64,000 nucleotides of DNA, taken from contig CP060756.1 of the NCBI GenBank assembly GCA_023205875.1, forward strand, positions 930,001 through 994,000. The letters run 5' to 3'. Positions 30,901 through 40,752 of the stretch are shown one piece after another. The position numbers and the translations under genes are program-made. This DNA is from Chloropicon primus. Lineage: Eukaryota. The notes beneath the pieces were generated by a model that was not told the origin of the DNA, made no database searches, and saw nothing but the letters and a program-made list of their open reading frames with translations. How positions within the stretch are numbered: position 1 is the first letter of the stretch; every line of letters begins with the position of its first letter.

Positions 30901-31483
30901 GATGCGTGACTTCTTGGGTGAGGACGAGGCGACCGCATCCACGGAGACCTTCAAAACGCTCAAGGAGTTCATGCTGATCTACGACAGCGTGGTGAACGAC
31001 ATCCGGCAGGTCGAGGAGGCCGAGGAGCAGAAGAAGAGGGCTGAGCTGAGGGCGGCGGCCCGGAGGGAGAGGTCCAAGTCAGTCTGCGTGCTTTCGCCCC
31101 CCACTCCGCTCGGGGGCTCGGACGACGGGGACAAGATCGCGGACAAGACCAGCACCGCACCGGGGGAGGGAAAGGACTTGGGCGCCGCGACGAAGGCCAG
31201 GGCTAGGTCGATGTCGCTCTGTTCGTCGTCGGCTCCGTTCGTCGTGCCGGCTCAGCCACCCAGCGGCGTGCGAGAAGGGAAGCCCGAAGCTCTGGCAAGC
31301 GTCAACGAGGAGGAGGAGGGGGAGGAGGGGGCCTCGTCGGGATCCGCGACGGCAACTCCCTCGAAACCCCCTTCTGCCAGGGACGAGGACATCGCTTTCT
31401 TCTCCCCCGAGTCGTCCTTGTATTCGGGCGCCGAGAGCGAGGACGAGGACGAGATGATCGAGGAGGCCTTTGCCGGGCTTTAA
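27902..31483 (+). CDS. Formin (FH1 + FH2) with N-terminal RhoGAP-like region, class III-like
   Basis: Polyproline FH1 (~29640-29870); FH2 motifs MKALHWQK, NISIEL, LAVGNYLN, GFKIESLLKL, SLLHFIV; upstream KLLGELEDPLMT...LLDKL...LRLLVAVLQRV resembles RhoGAP helices. Confidence 0.9.
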   Translation: MNSIRLNRKLVSFEAFSSELAERVHRPLLRSKRGKHLSSHDSTKLHIASEVLAHVLQHLNESKGASVSSVFGAVKEQKLRELYVLFLKEFRDNGLFDDRNQREGKFTKVWGASFSEKGLSYSLPLVQKLLGELEDPLMTRVEYTAFLTAVRIPESKSRHFVLRLLLDKLAAQKLEVLRLLVAVLQRVSLEEEGTDEEEVREVIEKCGRVIFQSTEVNSDRTIINKSDILAAETCLKMLLEEGQIMLQEGDRATKSRQRLTESTRADPPRRPDPPSRLRRRTSFWGNPKSSSYSAMHMKRVLLHKADAQANSERAARRPARVSSSAEKQATGTGKENLGSPPYGSGDGASFEISEANLGKIRRYFLKTPTTLISKTRSQEKRTGTAKALAHSLKGLSPRMGSPGQCDPKRALKALSSSPGGARGSPSSPTGLEGDSQTALNVIDPKEYSKYLVGLPKEVLDKIKHLSATAVARSCESSPGSSTCTDLSGMLEKIDQLMSSPEGDETSSGRSSLSPGRLKSMLAELTNSPEASASSLSGKKGDSDSKQRGSGGGSPGAVAAKNASPGTRAKAQPGKPGDGATAPPPPPPPPPPLPAGKSSAPPPPPPPPPPPPGAKGNIPPPPPPPGGWKNGGPPPPPPPPGGWKNGGPPPPPPPPGAGNKGLARPNPVVKAVKKMKALHWQKLHKTKTKKTVWETEREELDLDVQELESLFSLADKPEKKLEKKKSTKVHLVGLKRSHNISIELSGMKLDFSKIRDSLLDMDDSKFTLEQLHVLKRSVPTDQEATKLRNYTGDKSKLGQVELYFMEVMSIPRLENRIDSLIYKKTFVSCVDKLKEELNVLKQASSQVLSSNSLKLILEGVLAVGNYLNTGTARGSAAGFKIESLLKLKDIKGKDRKTSLLHFIVKELVKKNDKVRFFTAEIDKVDTASKFQKDYVSLTLQQLSSQQSKLKEEILHSSVVLDETSDLNDRFRDVMVPFAEDSEETLTCMKSILDDTMGNLAKMRDFLGEDEATASTETFKTLKEFMLIYDSVVNDIRQVEEAEEQKKRAELRAAARRERSKSVCVLSPPTPLGGSDDGDKIADKTSTAPGEGKDLGAATKARARSMSLCSSSAPFVVPAQPPSGVREGKPEALASVNEEEEGEEGASSGSATATPSKPPSARDEDIAFFSPESSLYSGAESEDEDEMIEEAFAGL

Positions 31484-31620
31484 GGGAGGGATAAAAGTTG
31501 TTTTGTAAATCTTACTCTGTTAGGTTTAGGTTTTAATGTTGAGCTCGCGAAAACGTAACGGCCGAGGAGGCGAGCGAGCGAAGGAGGGCAGAGAGAGAGA
31601 GAGAGAGCAGAAGCAGAGAG

Positions 31621-32640
31621 ATGGAAAATCGCCTAGGGCTTTGGCTTTGCATCGCGCTGGCGATTGCCTCGTCGGCCTCCGCACTGAACAGGAACCTTCT
31701 CGTCTCGTGTCCCGACGATGACTGCGTCATCAAGGATGTTCTCAGCAGCTATCCTTATATCGTCAGTTTGGAGATCGACTGGGACCCGGCAGAGAACGCG
31801 GAACTTTGCACAGGCACACTAGTCTCGGAGGCAGGATGGATTCTTACCGCTGCTCACTGCATCTTTAATCCTGAGCTGGGGGGAGTGTGGGATGACGCGA
31901 GTGTGCGGGCCGCCCTCGCGCCCGACAGCCGCGAGGAGGACGCTCAAGTGGTCAACATCCCCTACGAGGACATCTTCGTCCATCCCAACTTCATGAAGAG
32001 GGAGGAGGGCGAAGACGGCCAGAGCAACGACGACATCGCGCTGTTGCGCTTCGACCCCGCGTTGGTTGACTGGGAGGACTTGAAGGTCGTTTCATTGGCC
32101 GCAGGGACCTCGGAGCCGGAGGACTACAGCGGCGAGCGTGTTCAAGCCATGGGCTATGGTTCCACGGGAAATCCAGACCTTGAAAAGGACGACCAGGACT
32201 TCAGGACAATCACTCTGAGGGTGACCCCTTGCCCCGAGGATCTCGCTGAAAGGCAGACGGATGTCATCTGCACCGAGGATCAGTACGCTGGTGACGTCTG
32301 CGCCGGCGATTCTGGAGGACCACTTCTTTACCCCATTATCAACGACGGCCAGCCAGACTTCATGCAGATCGGAATCGTAAGCCAAGGATACAGGAGCTCC
32401 CAATGCATCGACAGGTTTTCGGACCCGACTGCGGTCGGGGAGGACGGCGATGGAATTGGAACTTGGAACTTTATTCCTTACCAAGCGGAGTGGCTCTGCG
32501 AGGTGGGTGGACCCGGCGTCGGACTCTGCGACAACGATTCTGACGGCCCACCCAGCGAGGATTACGAGCCCGACGACGATAATGACAGCGAGGACGACGA
32601 CGATAACGACAGCGAGGGCGACGACAGTGGCGACAAATAA
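31621..32640 (+). CDS. Secreted trypsin-family (S1A) serine protease with acidic tail
   Basis: Signal peptide; catalytic-triad motifs LTAAHC, DDIALL, GDSGGPL; Asp-rich C-terminus. Confidence 0.93.
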   Translation: MENRLGLWLCIALAIASSASALNRNLLVSCPDDDCVIKDVLSSYPYIVSLEIDWDPAENAELCTGTLVSEAGWILTAAHCIFNPELGGVWDDASVRAALAPDSREEDAQVVNIPYEDIFVHPNFMKREEGEDGQSNDDIALLRFDPALVDWEDLKVVSLAAGTSEPEDYSGERVQAMGYGSTGNPDLEKDDQDFRTITLRVTPCPEDLAERQTDVICTEDQYAGDVCAGDSGGPLLYPIINDGQPDFMQIGIVSQGYRSSQCIDRFSDPTAVGEDGDGIGTWNFIPYQAEWLCEVGGPGVGLCDNDSDGPPSEDYEPDDDNDSEDDDDNDSEGDDSGDK

Positions 32641-32746
32641 ATCAGCAAGAAGCAAAAAGTAGTGGTGCGCTATTTCAATTTTCCCTCTTTGGTTTACCTC
32701 CCTGTCGCCTCCCACGAGCATCATCTCAACACTAAAGGAATCACCT

Positions 32747-33619
32747 TTAGAGGTCACCGTAGCTCACAACTTCTCGTCCGTCGTCCTCTGGCCCGAGCCT
32801 CTTTTTCACGTCCCTCATGACCACGTCGCCGTCCTCGGCCCTCCTCTTCCTGTGCTGCCTCCTTCCCGCGTCCCTGCCCCTCCACAAGTACCTCGAGACC
32901 CCCCTCTCCCTTGGCTTCACGTCCTCGTCCGTCGCCAGCCGAAACATGATGGGAACGGGCGTCTTTCCGTTCTTCAAAAAGTCGGTGCCCTTGTGCCAAG
33001 TCTTCCCCATGGACTTGAAGAGCTGGTCCACCGAGTTGGTGTCGTCCTCGTTGGCCTCCGCGAGCGGCTTCCCGAGTGATGCAAGGACGCGCTTCGCGGT
33101 ACCCGCATCCGCAAAGACGACGTTGCAGCTCGAATCGTTGATCCACTCCACGTACTGTGGAAAGTACTCTGAGAAGTACTTCATGATGTCTTTGGTGCTC
33201 AGGAGGTCCACGCCGTACACGTGGACCGTGTCTAACCGGCTCGAGCTGCTGCCGTCCGCGTCCTTCCGCTTCTCCAGCAGGTCCACCTCCATCATGCCGC
33301 TGAGATCAGGCTCCTTGTACTCCATCCCGAAGCGCTCCGCCCGCTTCTTCTTCTTCTCCTCGTACTCGCTCTTCTCCACCGCCTTGTACGTGATGCCCAA
33401 GTCGGTGGAAAATCTCTCTGCCCTCTTCTCCCTCTTCTTGATCTCCTCGGTCGTGAAAAGGTCCATGCCAGTGATGAAGACGTGCTTCGTTGGCCTCAAG
33501 AACCTCCGTCCCCCGGAACCCCCGCTCCCGCCCTCGCTCGGACCCGCCGCCACCTCGGACGGCCTGTCCTCCCCACCGGGCTTTCCCCACACGATCTTCT
33601 GACGTCCCCCCTCCGTCAT
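32747..33619 (-). CDS. NCBP3: Nuclear cap-binding protein subunit 3-like
   Basis: KRAERF repeats and VHVYGVDLLSTKDI...VEWINDSSCNVVF signature. Confidence 0.85.
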   Translation of the reverse strand: MTEGGRQKIVWGKPGGEDRPSEVAAGPSEGGSGGSGGRRFLRPTKHVFITGMDLFTTEEIKKREKRAERFSTDLGITYKAVEKSEYEEKKKKRAERFGMEYKEPDLSGMMEVDLLEKRKDADGSSSSRLDTVHVYGVDLLSTKDIMKYFSEYFPQYVEWINDSSCNVVFADAGTAKRVLASLGKPLAEANEDDTNSVDQLFKSMGKTWHKGTDFLKNGKTPVPIMFRLATDEDVKPRERGVSRYLWRGRDAGRRQHRKRRAEDGDVVMRDVKKRLGPEDDGREVVSYGDL

Positions 33620-33931
33620 ATCGCCCTCTCTCCTCTCGCGCGACCGAACTCCGTCCCCGTGCCCAGCAACGGCCGATGCCACCCGAGCCGTTCCTCTTGC
33701 CAACCAACGACGACGAGGCCCAACGCCTCAACCACGCTCCCGCCTTCTTGGTCGTCCCCCCCTCTCTTTCTGTCTGCTGCCTCCAGGAGAGACAAGGACA
33801 GCGACAAGGACAACTCCTTTGACTCGCTCCGCTCTCTTGGCGGCACAAAACAAGCCCTCGCGTCCAAGCCAACGACTCTCGCACTGTCCCCCTCCCTTCG
33901 CCTCTGAACACTCCTCGAAACAAAACGCGCT

Positions 33932-33935
<4 letters not shown>

Positions 33936-33992
<57 letters not shown>
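33936..33992. repeat. (TC)n microsatellite in divergent promoter region
   Basis: Perfect ~57-nt CT tract between the NCBP3 and RRP36 starts. Confidence 0.95.
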
Positions 33993-33994
<2 letters not shown>

Positions 33995-34282
33995 GCGCCA
34001 GGTCACCGCTGGCGAGAACGAGACGAGCGGCGCGGTGCGGAAGACGAGCGAGGTCGAGTGCGAGGTCGAGTGCGAGGTCGAGTGGGGGAGGGGGATCAGA
34101 AGGACGAAGTGGCACGGTCACGGGCTTTACGGTGAACGCATTGGCGGGAGGTTGTGTCGACTGGAGGCGACGTTGGGGTGTGGCGCGCCGACTGCAGTTC
34201 CAGGGCCCTGGGTGGTACGTGGCCCTTGGACCTCGTCGTCGTCGTCGTCGTCGTCGTCGTCTTTGTCGAGTGAAGGTCGAGG

Positions 34283-35265
34283 ATGGCGGGAGGGGGGAGG
34301 TATCGCGCGGGGGAGGAGGAAGGGAGCGAGGAGGAAAGGGAGTACTCGAGCGAAGAGAGCTCGAGCTACTCGCAGAGCGAGGGAGAGGACCAGGACGAGG
34401 AGAAGGCCATCCTCGAGGAGGTAAGCAGGGCAGTGCCCGGGCAGTGCTTCCTGGCGGGGACGATGCGACGGGACTGAAAGCTGACGGCTCCAACTCTTTT
34501 CGCGGTGGTCAACACACACAAACAAAAACCTGCCGACAGATGTCGCACATTCCCTTTGACGTGCTGATGAAGACGAGGGAGACCATGGGGGCGTCCCACC
34601 CGGGGAAGCGGGGCGCTGCCGGGGCGCCCAAGAAGCTTAGAGGGAGGGGGGAGAGCTCCAAGGCGGCGGCGGCGGCGGAGGAGGCGGGAGAGGTCGACGA
34701 CCCCGAGGAGGCGGAGCCCTCCCGAAAGAAGGGCAAGCACATGCCCAAGGAAATATCTTCGAAGAGAACCTACAACCCTTTCCGGGAGTCCAAAGAGGAA
34801 GCGAAGAGGCGGACGCGCGACCCGAGGTTCGACAGGCTGGGGGACAAGGACTCCCGCGTGAGCGAAAGGGCGAGGAAGAATTACAGCTTCGTCTTCGATG
34901 AGGTGATTCCGGAGGAGGAGAAGAACCTGAAGGCGTCGATGAAGAAGCTCAAGGGGGAGAACTCCAAGCAGAGAATCCAGAACAAGCTGAAGAAGCTGCA
35001 GAGGCAGGTCGACCACCACAAGTCCGAGAAGAGGAGGGCGGAGACGAGGAGGAACGTCCTGAAGGCGTCGTCGGTGGGGTCGTCCAAGTCCGGCAAGAAG
35101 TTCTACCTCAAGAAGTCGGAGATGAAGAAGCAGCTGCTGCTGGGCAAGTTCAACGAGCTGAAGAAGCAGGGAAAGCTGGAGGACTACCTCGCGAAGAAGA
35201 GGAGGAGGAACGCGTCCAAGGAGCACAAGAGCATCCCGTTCAGCCGCAGGCAGGACCGCTACTAG
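34283..35265 (+). CDS. RRP36: rRNA biogenesis protein RRP36; exons 34283-34420 and 34540-35265
   Basis: PKEISSK, RDPRFD, YSF, KFYLKKSE, KFNELK, KKRRRN; GTAAGC...GACAG intron in phase 0. Confidence 0.9.
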
Positions 35266-35440
35266 GAGAGAGGGCGAGAACGACGCGACGAGAAGAATAC
35301 TCAAGCAAATCTATAGTAAAGTTACAGCTCCATTTCGTAGCATTTCGCTTCCGCGGTGTCCGGGCGGCACGCCCGCGACAAGGGGGCGGGCAGCTCTCCT
35401 CCAGACACCCCCGAGAGATTACAAGGGATTACAAAAACCC

Positions 35441-35692
35441 CTACTCGTCGGACGACGACGGCTTGGCCTTGGCCACGACCTCGAACTCTGGCGGCGGCGG
35501 TGGGAGGGGCTCGTACTGCGCCGGCTTCCTGTTCTTGTCGGAGGCGCGGGTCTTCTTTGGCCTGCTCCTCTGGTGGTGCTTCGTCGACTTGAACTGGGGC
35601 GTCGTCGCTGCCACCACCACCAACCTCCCCCTTCCTCCCCGCACCGCACGGCCGGCCGTCGCCCTCGTAAGCCTCACTCCCGCAACACTCAT
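35441..35692 (-). CDS. PSRP6: Plastid-specific 50S ribosomal protein 6 (cL38)
   Basis: Transit-peptide-like N-terminus, then KSTKHHQRSRPKKT..SD..RKP..Y.PLP, the PSRP6 signature. Confidence 0.88.
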   Translation of the reverse strand: MSVAGVRLTRATAGRAVRGGRGRLVVVAATTPQFKSTKHHQRSRPKKTRASDKNRKPAQYEPLPPPPPEFEVVAKAKPSSSDE

Positions 35693-36079
35693 ATCCTCCC
35701 CGCCTCTCTCTCTCTCTCTCTCTCTCGTCTGCCTTCCTCGACCAACACCTTCACACCTTTCACTCTTCCCCCGCCGTCAGCCTTTCCTTATCCACTCCAG
35801 AGTCGCCGAGTCGTTCTCCTCCTCAAAAAAAAAAAAAAAAGAATTAGAGAAAATCGATCGCCCTAAAAGCAAGCGATCGCGTCGTCGCAGTTGCTGGCTG
35901 TCGTCGCAGTTGCTGGCAAAGGCACCTCTTCGAGGGGGTTGGCCAGCGGATACCACGGGTTCGCTCGTGTTCCGCGTCTTGTCGTCGCCGGGGGGATTGA
36001 AGCGTTTGTTTGTTTGGGATCACGCGTGCGGTGCGTGCGCGTGTGTGTGTGTGTGTGTGTGTGCGTGGGGGGTGGGCAT

Positions 36080-36979
36080 ATGTTTGGGAGGTGGTCGAGG
36101 CTGGGGGAGGTGGGGAGGGTTTGCGTGCGCGCCCTGGTGACGAGGACGGGGTGGCAGCACCAGCAGCAGGAGAGCCAGAGGGTTGTGGCCCGAAGTCTGG
36201 GGTGGTATCGGGGGGGCGCCTGTCGTCTCGGAAGCCCCAAGCTTGGCTCGGGCCACCACGGTGCTCGCGCGGCGCGGTACCTGTCGTCGAAGCCATCGTC
36301 CGATGAATCGGGGGCCGCGTCGTCCTCCAGCTTCAGGATTCCGCCGCAGGCCGTGTCGTACGGGAGCCTGGCCGTTCTGGTGGCGACTGCTGGTGGCATT
36401 GTGACGTACTACAAGTATCTTCGGGAAGAGCAGGTCAAGGGCGTGAAGAACCTCCCTTCGAGCGGGAAAGCTGCTGTGGGGGGTCCTTGGACCCTGATGG
36501 GACCCGACGGGAAGGCGTTCGAGAGCCGATCCCTCGAGGGGGAGTTCTCCCTGCTGTACTTTGGGTTTACTTTCTGTCCCGACATTTGTCCCGACGAGCT
36601 GGAGAAGATTGCAGAGTCCGTGGACCTCTTGGAGAAGATCACGAAAAGGAAGATCCGGCCGGTCTTCATCACGATCGACCCGGAGCGGGACGACACGGAA
36701 ATCGTGAACGAGTACGTGAAAGAGTTTCACCCCAGGCTCCTGGGCCTCACGGGAACCAAGGAGCAGATCAAGAAGATCACCAGGCTCTTCCGAGTGTACT
36801 TCTCCAAGACCAGCGAGAGCGACGAGGACTACCTCATCGACCATTCCATCATATCCTACCTCGTGGACCCCGAAGGGAACTTCGTCAAGTTCTTCGGCAA
36901 GAACTCCACGGCGAACGACATGGCCATGGAGATGAAGCGGTTCGTGGACAACTGGAAGAACACGCACAAGAACTACTGA
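36080..36979 (+). CDS. SCO1: SCO1/SenC cytochrome c oxidase copper chaperone
   Basis: TM helix, GGPW, YFGFTFCPDICPDEL, IDPERD, DYLIDHS. Start at first in-frame ATG. Confidence 0.95.
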   Translation: MFGRWSRLGEVGRVCVRALVTRTGWQHQQQESQRVVARSLGWYRGGACRLGSPKLGSGHHGARAARYLSSKPSSDESGAASSSSFRIPPQAVSYGSLAVLVATAGGIVTYYKYLREEQVKGVKNLPSSGKAAVGGPWTLMGPDGKAFESRSLEGEFSLLYFGFTFCPDICPDELEKIAESVDLLEKITKRKIRPVFITIDPERDDTEIVNEYVKEFHPRLLGLTGTKEQIKKITRLFRVYFSKTSESDEDYLIDHSIISYLVDPEGNFVKFFGKNSTANDMAMEMKRFVDNWKNTHKNY

Positions 36980-37108
36980 GGGGCCGCGCAGGCGTTGGTC
37001 TCCCAGCGTCAATACATATTCATTGTTTTTTGGCACACTTTTATACATTATTATTATTATTCACTCACGAAGCCACTTATGGCAACCTCACCCCCCCCCT
37101 TTGGACCT

Positions 37109-38050
37109 TCAACCCGTGCAGAAGTAATCCATCTGGTCAATGGTGCTGTTGAGGACGCTCGTGTGGACCTGGTGCCAGGGCACGAACACATAGGTCGTGA
37201 GCCCTTTGTTGTACGTGTGGGCGTCGTCCTCGTCGCTGGCCTGCGGGCTGGGATCCATTGGGATATACCTCCCGCTCTCCCTCGTGTAGCTCATCAGGGC
37301 TTGGATGTCCAGCCGGTTGTTCCTCGCCGGCGTGGTGGACCGCAGCCTGAGCTTGCTCCTGATCTCCGTCGACGTCGTCCCCGGATAAACCATGGACGTG
37401 TACACGAGGTCGTGGTGGAAGTGGTACCTCCCCAGAACGACTCCGTCCTCCCCATAGCACAAGGGCGTCTCGCCCGTGGGGATCGTCCTCATCCGCCTCG
37501 CCACCTTGGACACGGGAGCCGGGGTCGTCTTGTACAAGAACTGGCCGTCCGGAAGAAACCGAATGTACCGGTAGTAAAGGACCACGTGGACCGGGTTCTT
37601 TATCTTCCACTCCACGATCCCCGTCTTGATGTAGGTGTTCCTGGACACGTAGATGCCATCGAACCGAAGTCTTGGTCGGACGAGCCAAAGCCTTTTCCAG
37701 TTCCCTTGGTACTGCTTTTTCATCAGGTGGTGGATCTTCGTGCTCCCATGCTGGGGCCAGGCCTCCAAGCAAGCTTTCTTCCACAGATCCGCGTGCTGGA
37801 CGCTCTCCAGAAGGTGCTTGCAGGCGCAGGCCGCGTTCCCCAGAGAATACGGGTCGCAACTCATCAAGATTTTGTACAACAAGTCTTGCGGGAGCATAAC
37901 CAGCGGAGAGATCTCCGGCTCGTCATCCTCGTCATCCTCCCCGCTCCCCCTGCTCCGCTTCAGCCTCAAGCCGTACAGCGCGAACCAGGGCCGCGACCTC
38001 TGCAAGTAAAGCTCCACATCCGTATCCGTGTCCCCGCCCCCGCCTCTCAT
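37109..38050 (-). CDS. F-box protein, FBXO9 / plant FBP7-like
   Basis: F-box LPQDLLYKIL...CACK; RPRLRFDGIYVSRNTYI, YYRYIRFLPDG; C-terminal MDYFCTG. Confidence 0.88.
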   Translation of the reverse strand: MRGGGGDTDTDVELYLQRSRPWFALYGLRLKRSRGSGEDDEDDEPEISPLVMLPQDLLYKILMSCDPYSLGNAACACKHLLESVQHADLWKKACLEAWPQHGSTKIHHLMKKQYQGNWKRLWLVRPRLRFDGIYVSRNTYIKTGIVEWKIKNPVHVVLYYRYIRFLPDGQFLYKTTPAPVSKVARRMRTIPTGETPLCYGEDGVVLGRYHFHHDLVYTSMVYPGTTSTEIRSKLRLRSTTPARNNRLDIQALMSYTRESGRYIPMDPSPQASDEDDAHTYNKGLTTYVFVPWHQVHTSVLNSTIDQMDYFCTG

Positions 38051-38405
38051 GGCGTATCCCCAAAGCTGCAGAGTCTTCTGACCCCCGGGGCGACCTTCTG
38101 CCCACCAAAGCGGCGCCCTCACCCGATCGTCTGATCCACCAGTTCCACGTCCGTCGCGAACCCAATCGCCGCGACCTCACTCCCCTTTCTGCCTCCCTGG
38201 ACCAAGCAACGTTCCCCTCGCAAGTCGTTTGGCGGATAAAATCCTCACCACGACGCCATTCCCTTCCACCAAGGAGTCGCGTGTCACCGTGAAAGATAGC
38301 GAGACGATCGTTCCCGCTTGCTCCCCTCCCCCTCCCTCGTCCCTCCTCCTCTCTCTCCTCTCCCCCGTGTACGTACTGCCCACGGCCTACGCCACCACCA
38401 ATTCT

Positions 38406-38407
<2 letters not shown>

Positions 38408-38448
<41 letters not shown>
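38408..38448. repeat. (GA)n microsatellite upstream of SF3A1
   Basis: Perfect AG tract ending ~35 nt before ATG 38484. Confidence 0.95.
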
Positions 38449-38452
<4 letters not shown>

Positions 38453-38483
38453 AGCGGCGCCTTTGAGGGAAAGGGAAGGCGGA

Positions 38484-40688
38484 ATGACTGTGGGAGGCGA
38501 GGGAGATGGGGCGGGCCAGGGGGGTGGGGCCTTGGTGTCGGTGTCCGACGCAAAGACAAGGCTGACGTCGTCGGCGTACACTTCGGGTTTGGACCAAAGC
38601 GCGCAAGGTGCTGGAACCATTGGGTTGATCCTGCCTCCACCGGACTTGAGGGCTATTGTGGACAAAACGGCTCAGTTCATTGCGAAGAATGGCGAGGCTT
38701 TCGAGCAAAGGATTCTGTTGCAGCAGAAGGACAACAGCAAGTTCAGGTTCCTGTCTCCCAAGGACCCGTACAATGCGTACTACAAGGCGAAGATAGCCGA
38801 GTTCCAAGGGGGCTCGCCCGTGGAGGGAAAGAAGGGCGGGGAGGGTGGCCGGGACCAGGGCGGTGCCCCGGCGGGGCCTGCCGCCCAGCCGAGCATGGTG
38901 ATGAAGGAAGCCGACCAGGTGAAGCGGAGCGTTGTCGTCGACCAGGTCCTTGAGGTCCCCGCGGGCGAGGAGTACACGGTGAGGACTCCCGAGGGGCTGA
39001 CGGCTCTGGATCTGGACGTGGTTCGACTCACGGCCCAGTTCGTGGCGAAGAACGGGAAGTCCTTCCTTCAGGGAGTCACGAGCAGGGAGCACAACAACCC
39101 GCAGTTCCACTTTCTGAAGCCGACGCACTCCCTGTACAAGTTCTTCACCGAGTTGACAGAGGCCTACGAGAAGGTCCTGAGCCCCCAGAAGAAGACGCTC
39201 GAGGGCCTCGAGCACGACAGGGACAAGCCGGCGGAGGTTCTCTCGCGGTGCCTGAGGCGCTTGGAGTGGATGCGGGTCCAAGAGGACGAGAAGAGGGCGA
39301 GGGAGAGCAAGGAGGAAGCGGAGAGGACGGCGATGGCCCTGATCGACTGGAACGACTTTGTCGTCGTGGAGACCGTCGACTTCTACGAGGGAGAAGATCC
39401 GCAGCTCCCCGAGCCCCTGTCCTCCAAGGAGCTGGTGTCCATGTCGAAGGTGGAGCAGGCTGCAGAGGAGGAGGAGGAGGCCGCCATGGAGATGGATATG
39501 GACGAGGAAGAGATGGAGCTCGTGAAGGAGGCTGGCGTGGCGGCCCCGGCCTCGGCCACCACCGCCGCACCGAACATGCCGGCGCCAGAGCCGGAAATGA
39601 AGGTGGTCAAGAACTACAAGAGGCTCTCGCAGCTGAAGAGCGGCAAGGAGGAGAAGGGAACCAAGTTCGCGGTTTCTCCCATCACGGGGGAGCTCATTCC
39701 TGTGGACGACATGGCGGAGCACATGAGAATCAGCTTGATCGATCCAAAGTGGAAAGAGCAGAAGGAGAAGATGCTTGCGAAGATCAAGGACACCACCAAG
39801 GCGACCGACGACGAGATCGCCAGAAACGTTTCTTCTCTGGCGACCACGAGGCCGGACATCTTTGGAAGCACCCAGGAGGAAATCTCGAGAATCATCGCCG
39901 CGGAGGTGGAGAGGTCCAAGAAGGCCGCGGATTTCGCGGAAAACAGGAGGAGACAGGAGCACGAGCAGCAGGCCCCCTCCTCGGCCCAGCCCCAGCCCCA
40001 GCCCCGGGGAAGGGGAATGCCGCCCCCGCCGGGGACCCGCGTGCCCGCAGCCGGACCCGCGGGGAGGGGCGGGTACGCTCCCGGAATTCCTCAGCAGATG
40101 CAGCCCCCTTACGGTCGCGGGGCGCCCCCGCCCCGCTCGATGGGCCCTCCCGGGGCGCAGATGCACGGCGTGCCGCCGCCTCACCCCATGGGTCCGCCCG
40201 GAGTGCAGATGCGCGGCATGCCGCCGCCTCACCCCATGGGCCCGCCCGGGGCGCAGATGCACGGCATGCCGCCCCGGCCCATGCCCCCCTCCAGGGCAGC
40301 GGAGGATCCCCCCAGGTCCCTGCCCCCCAAACCGGAGGACGAGGAAGCTGCTCCTCCGCCAGGGAAGAGGGCGAGAGTGGAAAAGCAGGCGCTGCAGCCA
40401 GAGGCGCAGTGGCTTGCTTCTCACCCTGGCGCCGTGAGGTTGAGTCTCAAGCTCCCGAGCGGGGAATCGGATCACGTCGAGGTCGAGTCCCTGTCCACTA
40501 CAGTTGCCGACCTGAAGAGGAGCCTGGAGGACAAGGTCGGCCTGGCAGCGAACAAGCAGAAGCTGCAGTTTGACGGAACCTGGCTCAAGGACGCCAAGAC
40601 TCTGGCGTTCTACAACATGAGCGAGGAGGGCGAGGTCAAGGTCCAAGCCAAGGAGAGGGGAGGGCGTCGAGGGGGAGAGAAGAAGTGA
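38484..40688 (+). CDS. SF3A1: Splicing factor 3A subunit 1 (Prp21)
   Basis: Two SURP domains (IVDKTAQF..KNG; LTAQFVAKNG), IDWNDFVVVET, SPITGELIP...EHMRISLIDPKW, Pro-rich repeats, C-terminal ubiquitin-like domain. Confidence 0.97.
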   Translation: MTVGGEGDGAGQGGGALVSVSDAKTRLTSSAYTSGLDQSAQGAGTIGLILPPPDLRAIVDKTAQFIAKNGEAFEQRILLQQKDNSKFRFLSPKDPYNAYYKAKIAEFQGGSPVEGKKGGEGGRDQGGAPAGPAAQPSMVMKEADQVKRSVVVDQVLEVPAGEEYTVRTPEGLTALDLDVVRLTAQFVAKNGKSFLQGVTSREHNNPQFHFLKPTHSLYKFFTELTEAYEKVLSPQKKTLEGLEHDRDKPAEVLSRCLRRLEWMRVQEDEKRARESKEEAERTAMALIDWNDFVVVETVDFYEGEDPQLPEPLSSKELVSMSKVEQAAEEEEEAAMEMDMDEEEMELVKEAGVAAPASATTAAPNMPAPEPEMKVVKNYKRLSQLKSGKEEKGTKFAVSPITGELIPVDDMAEHMRISLIDPKWKEQKEKMLAKIKDTTKATDDEIARNVSSLATTRPDIFGSTQEEISRIIAAEVERSKKAADFAENRRRQEHEQQAPSSAQPQPQPRGRGMPPPPGTRVPAAGPAGRGGYAPGIPQQMQPPYGRGAPPPRSMGPPGAQMHGVPPPHPMGPPGVQMRGMPPPHPMGPPGAQMHGMPPRPMPPSRAAEDPPRSLPPKPEDEEAAPPPGKRARVEKQALQPEAQWLASHPGAVRLSLKLPSGESDHVEVESLSTTVADLKRSLEDKVGLAANKQKLQFDGTWLKDAKTLAFYNMSEEGEVKVQAKERGGRRGGEKK

Positions 40689-40752
40689 AGTGGCGGAGAA
40701 TGAAAGAGAAGACTTGTATCTGTAAAGGGTTGTATTTCTAGATGACTTGATT

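Noticed and set aside
37932..40646. Very long antisense ORFs (e.g. 904 aa opposite SF3A1, 870 aa at 20722-23334, 657 aa at 57722-59695, 544 aa at 676-2310)
   Set aside because: They mirror real genes codon for codon, have no domain motifs, and are expected from strong GC3 bias that removes antisense stops.
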